A stretch of 64,000 nt of DNA from Lingula anatina (Eukaryota; Animalia; Brachiopoda). The stretch lies in assembly GCA_051362555.1 (NCBI GenBank), contig CM120641.1:6386001-6450000 (forward strand), given 5' to 3'. The notes below the pieces were generated by a model. The model was not told where the DNA came from, ran no database searches, and saw only the letters and a program-made list of their open reading frames with translations. Positions 1-11,700 of this stretch are shown in pieces (within the stretch, counting starts at the first letter, position 1; every line of letters begins with the position of its first letter). The translations under genes and the position numbers were made by a program.

Positions 1-183
1 CTCGCCCACTCCACCAGCCTATATTGCGAAGAAACGCCACTTGACGACTCGTTCCAAAGGGATATATTAATCCAAAGGGTCGAGTTGGTTGAAAGCTTGG
101 GTCAACCTTTCCTCCACAATGGAAATAACTTGAAACCTGTGGATGTTATATCTCCAATGCGATACCTGCAATTGCTTATCATC

Positions 184-262
184 AACTGAGCTCTCTGAGC
201 ACGGGTCAGTCTGTATTTATGACAGCCTAAAAGCGGATTGGCTGAGAGAGAGTGTGACGTCA
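184..262 (-). promoter_or_regulatory. Proximal core promoter (CRE + CCAAT + TATA-like + Inr) of a gene running off the left edge
   Basis: Read on the minus strand in order: palindromic CRE TGACGTCA (255-262), AGCCAATC CCAAT box (core 237-241), CATAAATA TATA-like element (214-221), Inr TCAGTT (184-189) about 30-33 nt downstream of the TATA-like element. The region keeps its CpGs, unlike the gene bodies. Confidence 0.55.
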
Positions 263-317
263 TGTACCATCAATGAGCGCACTTGTCACTCAAAAGAGTG
301 CGGTGTTCTGTTCATAC

Positions 318-363
318 TTTTCAGGTGCCTCCAGACTTTTATTTTTCAGGTGCCTCCAGACTT
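318..363. repeat. Short direct duplication of TTTTCAGGTGCCTCCAGACTT
   Basis: Two perfect 21-nt copies spaced 25 nt apart. Confidence 0.85.
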
Positions 364-872
364 AAAAATGAATTCTGACGTTAGATTCCTGAAATAAAAG
401 TGTGTCATATCTTTTAGAGCGGAATTGTTTTTGGTTGTTATTATTGGTACCAACGGTAACGCTGATAATGAAACGATTTATTCACAATAGAATTAAAAAA
501 TAATCGCTCTGATTAGAAATAGAAAGAGATCTGTTTGAATAGTCACGGCATTACACACAATCAAACAAAAAAAAACTCTTATCGAAGAGTTCGTTTTCCG
601 TCAGCATTTGATTTTTCAATTTTAAAACTAACGTCAATTTTATATTAATTTCATTGATAAGTCTTGATATCAAGGTGTACCATGGTCTATAAAACCAAGC
701 TAGAAAAGTGGAGATGAATGTCACAAAAAGAAAACACTGATAAGGTTTTGGGTGTAAGCGACTTTCTTGGACGCTTTGGCATCAGAGTTTTCACAAGATA
801 CAATCCAGTATTATTATACTTGCTAATTGTGTACTGGTTGCCAGCCGGAACTTTTGCGGTCTTTGCACTTAC

Positions 873-1040
873 CTCCAAAAATACACTGCTGCTGACCCCT
901 GGCGACGAACGGTAATAGACCGTGAAGCAACAGGGGGAGCGCGAGTCAGCAGGAGTAGGAGTGGGTCTTTGCGCGCTAGTAGTTCTAAAGACCGGTAGAC
1001 TGCAGCGTGTTTTTGCTTGGTTACTAATGCATCTGTACAT
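873..1040 (-). other. Candidate distal first exon (CpG-rich) of the left-edge gene
   Basis: Perfect donor GAG|GTAAGT at 873/872. Sequence 840-1050 is CpG/GC-rich. ATG at 1040 is open for 56 codons to the donor (phase 0). No downstream exon was identified. Confidence 0.4.
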
Positions 1041-4000
1041 CCGTATGCTCAGAAAATATAATACCTAATACATCAGAAATTTTAAGTTGAATTTGTGAAA
1101 GGGAAGAGCCGTCAAGTACCCATATCTCATAAAAATTAAATACATGTTTGGTATGTCTAAAATGCATATAATTTAAAAATATTTGCATGATAAAGTAAAA
1201 GGAATGACGGACAGTAATTACTACTCCTTAATCTCAAGTACTGTACGCCCATATAGTAACGATAAGCTTTCAAGCCCATAATTTGGTACCGGTAAACAAT
1301 CAACAGCGTGTGTTACAGTGTTTACTTTTCCCTGTATATACATGGGTGGATACAAATAACGACCTATCAAAGCGTCAGTACAACTGCCTTTTTTAAAAAT
1401 AATTTATTGATTGATGAGGAAGTGGTCCCCTTATTACGGTCAGATACTCTGAAACTGCATGGAATTCTGCTTTAATTGCTTCCCATTTAAAGAACCATTG
1501 AATGGCCATTCAACTTCTTGGTCATTTTAATTTTACTCAATTTTTGCAGCTACATGTAAAACAAACTTTATTTTCTCCATTTTGTCCATTAGACACAGGT
1601 GACCAAAATATGACCCTCTGTCTAATTTGCAAGTTAAGGCCATTAGTGTAATAAAACTCATTAGTTTCATTTTTGAAAGTAACTGGAAGTAAATGCATCA
1701 TTGTTTTCTTTAATTTTGAAATTACACATGTAGATATGAGTAGTTGGCCTCTTATATCTTATTGGTACCGATTATTTTCCCTATCAGAAATGACTTTAAC
1801 AAGTGTTGTATGCTCTGTTAGAGAAGATTGCAATAAATAACTTGGCTTAATGTCAAAGACTGAAATAATAAAACGAAAGAGAAATAATAATAATAGTAAC
1901 CAGCAATGGAAAAATAATGGTAAGCATTATGCTTAACAATATTAATAAGAATATTAATGATAACAATAATATTTATGATAATAGTAGAATTTAGAAATAG
2001 AAGAGAGCTCAATCCAGGACCTTTCTTTTTCCACTCATTACACACCTTGAAAATGCATGGTGCCTAAATCTGATAAAGTAAGCAAATTATTTAATTAAAT
2101 AAATTAGAACCATGATTATCCTTTAATTTTCTCATAACACATGGAGAACTTCAAGAATGTCTGATAACCAAATGTTTTCTTCAGAAATTACTTTCATGAT
2201 TGTGGTATGCTTCGTTTAGTATGATCTGCAAATACGTATGATACAGAAAGATAAAAACTGAAAAAATTGTATAAGATGATATGTTGGAAATTATACATAT
2301 AAGGCATATATAAGGCAAATATTAAACTTCAAGGCACACTGCTGTCCACTTTGCCATTCCTCAAGTTATTTTGAGTAAGAGTACAGTATCAAAAAAAAAC
2401 TTCAAAAAGAACAGCTTATTAAGGAAGCTGAGTTTGTAATGCAATTAAAAGCATGGAATAATTATATTTCCATTACTTTTTATTATTGATATTAAGATGC
2501 ATATCTTAAAATAGCTGTTTGATGATGTGAATTTAATTAAAAACTAACACAGTCTGATCTTGCCTTAATTGTTAATAATTCGCCTCTTCCACGTGATGAG
2601 AAAAGCACTCATTAAGCCACTGAATCTCAGAGTAATTTAATTAAGACCAATAATACTTTTCATTAATTATGCTGCTCACTATGTAAATGCTGAAGGATGA
2701 CCCCATGTTCAACAGATAATCTTTCTCATTTGTCAGTAATTACTTTTATGTTGTTGCATGCTATTGTTGAATATGCTGATAACTGTGTTGTAAGCATTTT
2801 CTTTGACCTTTTGTACTGTGTTAAATACTTTTTCTTGTCAAAATGAATTTTATAGTTGTCACATGGTGCTGTTTAATTGCTGTTGTTAATTGAACATTTA
2901 ACCATTTAAAATAAAACAAAGGAGAATATTGATTATTTGACTGTGGTAATTTTTAAAAAGTAATTGGATTACTTTAAAACTTTATGGGGGGGGGGGGGAA
3001 GTAAAGTACAAAGGTTGGTTTTCTTAATGTCCCTTTGCAGTTTCATAAAAAGAATTCTTAGTGTGAAACTATTTAAATATTAAACACATTCCTTAAAATG
3101 ACATTTCAAAGATTTATATTTGGAACCATATTTAGAGCACATTTTTTTTGAAGGAAAATAAATTGTAGGAAATATCTGAAATATTGCCAGTCTCCACTTC
3201 TATTACAATTTTGAATACAGAGCAACTCTTAAAAGCAACTTAAGACTGGAAGATATTCTGCTTTCTCTAATGACATTTCTCTTTAAATGTTTTGAAGAGT
3301 AGGGGGCTCAAGGCTTAATTCATGTGATAAATTCACAAAGCGATACAAGGCAGATGCAGTTACCACTCACCCTAATGTTTCGACCACGAACAATCTTTAT
3401 TTCTATTGAGAGATAGGCTGTATAGTACTTGATAATCCTCATACATAGAGGTGCAATAGGTGTATGAAAACATACTTGAATATAACAGTCCCAATGTCTC
3501 CAGACCCGCAAACAGACTTCTGACAGATTAAAGAGACCAACTCCACAGTGTTCAAGACGTAAGGCCAAGTGCAAACAAAATTGAATTTTTAAATTTCATT
3601 TATCCAAACACTTAAACCCAGATAAAAAGAAAAAGGAAATGACATTAGCAAGGCATTGTGGTCAACAGAGCTTTGTCAATCATGAGAACAATAGTCTAAA
3701 TTTATGGTATACAAAAGCATTCAGCATCATTTTAATCTTTTTCACAAATGTGAAATGAGATTCAAACTTGACTTTTTAGAAATAAACTTCAGAAAAAAAA
3801 AAGAAAAAGAAAAGTTTATTTAAAACAGGAATTTTTTCTTTCTAGTTTTGCAGCTAGAGATGATGAAGCATTGATTCAGCAGTACATCCTTCTGAACTTA
3901 ATACAGCAGATTATTCCCACCACTCAACTTCCCAGGTAGAAATCTCCGGAACTTGGTCTGGTGTCAACTAGTCTACTCCTCAGACTAATCTGCCACTTTG

Positions 4001-5005
4001 CACAACTGGCTACTTCATTTATCAGTTTACTTGGACTTGCTCAAGGACCAATAGAAATGTATAGGTATCAGGAAAGACAAATGAGTGCAAGTCCACACTT
4101 CTTTGTTTACCAGAAGTATTTGCATTAAGTCTATGAACTCCATATCTGAATCAGTGTACGAGTTGTGTTTTTGAGCGATTTTATATTAATTTTCTCATAA
4201 ACAGTCCAAACCAGGAATTTATATGAATTTGTCTTTATTCTCAAATTGCATTGAAATTGCATACATAATTGCACATTCATTGTAGAAGGCCAGTGATACA
4301 TAATTGTGAATATTATCACCAACATGACATTCTTAAATAATCCAAGAAAACAAAGATTTTCAAAATAAGGGTTACAGGAGAGAAATTTGACCATACACAT
4401 TTTTAATAGAAAAATAATCTAATATCTAAGCACATTTCATAAACAGAAGTAAAATCATTAATGTAATGAAGAAATCATCAGCACGTGCATGTAATTGCAA
4501 GCTTAGGATAAAAATTGATGATTCCAAAAAAACTAATACTGATATTTGATCAATCAATAAATACATAAAATGTAATTTGAGAAGAAAAGGTCTCAATCGA
4601 GTCAATATAAACTGGTTCTGTATATTCCCTGATTTAGTCAAATATCATATACTTATCATTTATCACTACTGGTGCTGTCTTTTCTTGATAAAATGTTTAA
4701 TATAATAATTCATGCCAAATGGAATCATTCAGTGATAAAAGATGAGCAGTTTGTAAATACTTAGATTCAAAGTGTTCAACTGTGACATTTAAATACCATA
4801 TATTTCATAAATAATTAAAGACAGCAAATAATAATTTCATAATTCAGTTCGGGTTTAGCTTTCCTTTCTCTTCCAATGTTAGAATTAATGAAAAAAATCT
4901 TAACAATTTAAATCACGGGGTACTACAAACACACACAAACATCTAGATTTAATATTAAGAAGAAAAAACTTTGTTCTATCATTTCCTAAAATTTTAGTGC
5001 ATAGT

Positions 5006-5659
5006 TCAATCTTCTGATTGACCCGAGTTTGCCTTCTGTCCTGAAGTTTCTGCAATGAATTGTCTGAAAAATCAAACATAGAAATAAAAACAACTAGTTA
5101 TTCACATAGCTTGCAATGGTATCGCTTGCAATATTGCTGTTTTACAAATGGAATGCTGAAATATAGACATCACTGAAAGAAGGTTCAATTTGTATAGTTT
5201 TGTTCACTGAGATGTGATCAAGTAAGCAGAGAAGCTGCATATGAATCAGTCATCATGCAAAGGTATAGAACTAAGCAAAATGACCTTTATTATTTCGATA
5301 TTAATACCTAAGATCTCAATCAAGTTATTAGGACTTAAGTTCATTCTAAGTTGTTGAGTCTAGCTCCATAAGTCTCCAATTTGGGTCCTGTTGTAATGTG
5401 TCAGCCCTGTATAGAAGACATTCTAACACAGAAGACACTAATGCCAGGAGCAGGGAGTGGTTGGACTACACCAGCAGGGGAGGCTTTACCAGACAGCACG
5501 GAGAAACTATTGAAATGTGGCAGAAAGATGGGCAAAAAACTGGCCAATTTAAACTATGCAAATAAAAAAGATCACCAAAAAACTAACCAGACATTCTCTT
5601 CATACATGCAAATCATAAATGATTCTGTCAGAGTCTGAATGTTTTTTCTACTATGGAGA

Positions 5660-5739
<80 letters not shown>

Positions 5740-8700
5740 ACATGCACTAGGAATTTTACTGGTAAACTTCTAACTATTGTTAAACTGATATAACTATTGT
5801 TAAACTGATAGAAATGAGCTACTCTTATAAAGGAGTAAGCAAAATGGAAAATTAAAAAAAAACATACTGAAAAACCTTAAATCCTAACATTCCCAAATGA
5901 CAGAACTTCAATAACTTTAAGGATGGTCTACAATGAATGTACTGTAAGCACTTGTGCTCAGGAGTTTCCTGTGATTGACATGCTACTGAAAGAGGGTTGT
6001 AATTATGCAGATACAATAACTGTGGTTGAACCTGAAGTCAAAAGAGACAAGCAGGCGCACTACACGCAAACTGCCACTATCAATGATGAACAAACAACAA
6101 TTCGTGTCACTTGTTGCCAAGTGCAGATTTTACAAGAACCATTTTGTGCCTTAATTATGGAAATATGAACTGTAGATGCAGGGCAGTTTTAAAATTTTAA
6201 CCAAAGGCCACTAACCATAGGCTACTACTTTTACATCATGCCTCATGAATTTCACTTTGTCTAGTAAATGTATGACAAAAATTATGCTATTATAAGGTTC
6301 ATGGTCCATGCAAATACACTTGTGCAAAATGACCAAGGTATTTTAGTCTCTGCAGCATTACAAGACAGTTTATTTTCACTGAGCAGTTCAAAAAACTGAA
6401 TTATACCTCAAAGTAGCTGGTAAATTGGAAGACTTGTATATATCACGGTGTCCAAGACCCTCGGATTTATCAAAAGAAACCAGCTTCACTGCACCTGCAC
6501 CTTTTTCTCTTGAGGAAACGGCCTTCTTGTACAACTGGAAAAAGTTGAAAGGGAATAAGTTACTCCCTGTAGATTCAATGAAATCATAAATATGGAAACA
6601 CTCCTCACATTTTCTTTTGCTCTGATAATTTCTTTAAATTTTGTGAGAAAACTGGCATACTCACTAACTGCAAAGAACTTGTACTAAAGGCAAATATAAA
6701 AAGTAAAAAAGAAAAAAAAAGAAAACAATTAACCTTCACTCCCAGTTCATAAGGCACCATGTAATCATCCTCTGCATGGAGAATCATGATGGGACATGTC
6801 ACAGCAGAAATGCTGGAAAATGAAAATAGTGTTATTTAAATACCATTTAGATATTAAAAGTTTTTCAGATGTCTGACTGTAGTTTAATACACCTATCTAA
6901 CTAGTGAGTGGCACCATCAATAGGAAGAGAATTGACAATTAATGTAAGTAAAGACTTTAATGTTGAGTGTCTGGCATCAGACACATATTTAATATTTGTA
7001 TTTAGAAAGGAGGACTCCTGCTTTGTCTTGTACTGAACTTGTACAGCAGAACATTAGAGGCCAAGGGGCAATTAGAGCAAGTCTTGGGATTTATTTTATC
7101 AGCACTAGGCTGGGATATTTCACATGGGTTGATTATTGAAAAGTGCAGCTCATACAAAAATGGTGCAGAAGACACATTTGGATACAATATCTTAAATGAA
7201 TGGAAAATGATGACATTGGGTATTAAAAGGAAAACTATAAAAAATGTAATAAAAAAACAGTGCAATTATTTGCACCAATAATTTGGCTTAATGCCCTTAA
7301 ACAAAGTGAAGATATACCCTCATTTACTACAGGGTGGTGCATCACCTACATTTGAATAAGGTGGGAATTACTATAAGCAACAAATAAATTTCACTTTCTC
7401 TCACGGTTTTTATTTCCTACTTTTGGTAGCCTTTCAAGCACTTATATGAGAAAAAAGCACCCACTTGAAGAGAAACACTGACTAACAGTGGATAAAAAAG
7501 ACCCTTAAATATTTCAAAATGTCTAATACTAATAGTGGAAAAGGTACCTTTATGTTGAAAAAAAAAAAAAAAAGGAATTTTTTGCTAGGTGCCAATGTTA
7601 CTTAAGCACAGCAAAATAAGTTAACTACATTGTTGCATGATAGAAATTTTTTCAGAAGTTTTTAAACTTTGGAAACAGTGTTGGAATGCAGCAGACTTTA
7701 ATCATAAAATTTTTCTCAATGATCATTTTTCTAACTGTCAAGGGTGAGAAAAAACGGACAAGAACACATCAAACAGTTTTTGAGGAAGAAATGAGTCACT
7801 TAAGTACAGGTAATAGCCTCCACAGATCTGATACTATATAACCACAAGGCACAGCAGTGTGAATTGGTTTGTGAATCATAGTGACAAGAGCAGCATAATA
7901 ATGATACACGTATTTAACTTAAAGAAGCAGTGTGGTAAGAATATACCAGTTGGCTGACAGTGTGGAGATAAAACATTTCATACTTTCTAGACCTGTACCC
8001 AGGGCTGGGGTGGGGGTTTATATGGACCCCACTTTCAGCAGGGAAAGGGTCTGCTCTGGGCAATATTTGATCTACATCTACATTTGATCTGTATGTACAT
8101 GAAGGTTTCATGGTAAAAGGCCCACTTTTTTTAGAAAAAGAGTCCCCCCCCCCCACCCTGATATAAAGCTTAGGTGCCATTACACTGGGCTTCACTCTTT
8201 CACAACTATGAAAATTTCAAATTTTTAACAACTTTCACTAGTCTGGACTGTTATCTGCTTTGGTCGCCTGTTTGCCTTAACGGTGTCTCTGCCACTCTAA
8301 AGAAAATTGGCCACAGGTTGCTTTTTAGTCTTATTGTGTCGTTTTATTGCAGTCACCAACACAACTTGGTCACATCTTAAGCCTGCATTGATTTGTTGAC
8401 CGCAATATGACTGCAACAGGCTTGCAATAATGCTTGTGAGTAAAAAATTCCTCAAAAGTTAGCTTCTGGATGCTACCAGTGACATTCCAAGCAACTTTAG
8501 TCTATTAGGACCTGTGAGACCCATAGAAAGTGACTTGAGAATTGTGAGACCTAGATACGCCATATTATGATACCCTCTTATAAGAGTCACTGGATCAGAG
8601 TTTTTTAACAGTTCCATGCACTTGCAAACCCTTAGGCGACCAGTAAAGAGTAATGGAAACCAAGAGAGAAGGGGGGGGGGGCTGGGAGACTATCGAAATC

Positions 8701-11700
8701 ACGTGCCCACCACCTTGTAACCCCAGGGTGATTCTTTGTGACTGTTGGTCAATGTGGGTCTCCTAGTGGCTGCAAGCCTGGTGTAAACAGAGTTTTCTGT
8801 CCTATTTCCAGTCAACTCGAGTCTACCTAACTTGGTGCAACATAACTTGACAGGTTATCTTATTATGATATATTCAACATACAATGGTGTTAGGATCGAA
8901 GGACAACAGATGGTTAAGATCTTCTCTTCCAGATTTGTCTTGCTAAGATAGGTAATAACACCTTGCAAAATTTGATATTACAAATTTTCACATCGTCTTA
9001 CATACATAAAACAGAATCCAACTCCAGAATAACACCCCATTTCCATAGATTAGATCGACCTACTTTAGATCGACCTAACTCCCTGGGGGTTCACGCTAAA
9101 TAGCTGTCAGCCGGGCGGACACGAAAGTTAATTACCCTCTTACAGCTTGTAGTAGGTGGGACGAACATTTAAGTCGGATTATCTGAAAGTAATCTAGTGA
9201 GACTCCCCGCGGGGATAGATCGATCTAAAATCTATGGGAATGGAGCCTAAGTGTGGTAAAATATAAAACATCATTTAAACAGTCATGTTATGTAATACAT
9301 TGTGTATGATCTATTGAAAGTGCTTTGTTGTTGCATTTTAATTTTGTAGTTGGTGTTATTAGTTCAAGAAGATTTTACATTGTGATTAAGGCTGCCAGTA
9401 ATTACGCCTCGGGATATTCAGGGCACAGACCGTGATCATAAGACATACCGCGAATAGAAAATAGAATTTAGAAAATAGACATTGCATGTGAACGAAGCCA
9501 AAATGACATTATGGATATATTCAGGGAATGGTGGCCCTCCCTCTCTAGCAATACGTAAGCAGCTGTCTTACAGCTATATCCTGCCATGAGGTAATACAAA
9601 AGGAAATAAAAAAAGCTTTAAAAAATAGAGATGTTTTCATTTCCTATAATAAAAGATAAACTTCTGCCCTTTGCTCACACTTAGCAGATATGATAGGCTT
9701 CACTACTCCACCCTGGCCTCATTGTACTCTTAATCTTCTTTCACAATACATTCTATGTCACATAAAACACTTGTAGGCATGAGGTTTCATTCAGAAGAGC
9801 AATATCCCAAAATTGAATTAATTATAAAGCGGCAACCCGTAGTGCACTATTATCTCAATTCACAAACAATTTAGTTAATTTTCTCCAATTTGAAAGAAAC
9901 TTGTGATGCTTTCAGGTGTGTTGCTGGAGCCACTTTTGAAGGGAGGATGCCTTAGTGGATTAGAACTATGTCCTTTTCTATAGAACAGCTGTCATTAGTT
10001 CTACCTCTGCAGTGCAGGAGACATGAAAGACGCCAGAGTTACTCACCGCCACCAGTTTGCAGGTCAGAGATTTGCAAAAACATTAACTTACCACATTCTG
10101 ATGTCTCATTGTCAACTGAAATAAGATTCGGAAGTTGGGGACAAAGAGGATCAGACACCTGAGGACTCTGGAGAAAGAAAACCACAATCTCTGCAATATC
10201 CAGTTTAATTCTTTGGATTAGTTAGTCATTCACAACATCCTATCTTCAAGTTAATCTCCCCAATTACGTCAACCATTGTCCCTCAAGACGAAAACACAAG
10301 TATTCTTTTAAAATGTCACTATACTTCCTTATTATCAAATACTTCCTTTATTGTTTTAATGGTGAGTTTTTTCCCTTCATATCCCTGAGCCCCCTGAGGG
10401 GATGTGGCATAATCATAGTTCACAGCTCTTGTCACTTGTCTAATGTCACTAGTTACTGAAAGTTCAGAACAAGGATATTGTGCAACTGAGAACTAAATAA
10501 GGATCCAGTACATGAAATCAGTTGACTTTGTGCTTTACCTTTCCACATCAGTCCTACTGTCCAGTATTCAGTCTATGAAAGCTAATACCTATCAAGTTTG
10601 ATAGGTCCTAGATGTTAGTAAAAAGTTCAACTAGGAAGTGTTTTGAAAAAAAAATACTAAATATAAATTACATATGTGGTTAGGAGATTTATAACAGCTG
10701 TGATATCTTTTTATTTTACCAAACTTTTTGGCAATAATTTTGATTATGAATAAAAATACCATCTAAAATTAAGTTACAGATACAGTTTACATGATTTGCA
10801 ATGTCTTATATCTTGTTAAGTATTTTTATTGTATACCCCAAAAAAACTGCCCAAAGAAAAGTTGCATCCATTTTTTTGTTGGGTGTCTGGAAACGAGTGG
10901 TATGGACCATGATCTAAACACCTGTTTTAAGCACTACCAAGAAGTCACAACTTTTTTCAGTATTCAGGTCTATTCACAGGTCTCTGTCAGAGGTAGGTGT
11001 GGGAACCAGAATGTTACAACTTTAGCACAATACAAAATATAAAAAAATTTCCAAATAGCCTTCCTGATTCAAACCACTTCTAGTTTAAGATGTAATTCTA
11101 CAAAACAGGAGTGGCGGAAATACTATTTTTACTGCCACAGGTCTATATTTGTATATTATGAGGATGATTTAACAACTGGATACAACTTGCATTTTTTTCT
11201 GCCATCTTGGATTGTGGTATGGGTAGAACATTTTTCTGCACTGCTGAATTTGATTGATAGATAATGGGCTTTTGTTAGCAAATCCGCCATGTCTTGACAT
11301 CAGCATAATAAAGGAAATTAAAAATCACTGAATCTGAACTTGCAAAATCCAGTATTATTATTTTTTGATGTAATTCAATAAAACAGGAGTGGTAAAAATA
11401 ATTCCACCTGTTTGTGTTTCAATGTTTAAAAAATGTTTCAATTATAGGGGATGACAGGCAATTATCTGCTGACTCAACACTGCTTTTCAGATTAAAAGTT
11501 TCATTAGCCTTTCTTTGATACCTCAACGTGGGAAAAATCAAGAAAATTAAAAGAAAGGTCTTATTTTAAATGCTGTCCTACAAAAATTCCAAATCATTTT
11601 TACTATTTAGACAATACAAACTTTTTGCAAAAATATCCTATGCATTTTCGTGTAAGATGGATTTCTTTTGTGTCAAAATTCTATTGACAATTATAATATT

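Noticed and set aside
897-935. Iron-responsive element (UUGCUUCA arm resembles the ferritin IRE)
   Set aside because: No CAGUGN apical loop.
3375-3574. Minus-strand exon candidate ending AGG|GTGAGT
   Set aside because: Good donor, but no recognisable product or partner exon.
3859-3896. C/D-box snoRNA (ATGATGA...CTGA)
   Set aside because: Boxes are only about 25 nt apart, there is no terminal stem, and it is not in a sense-strand intron.
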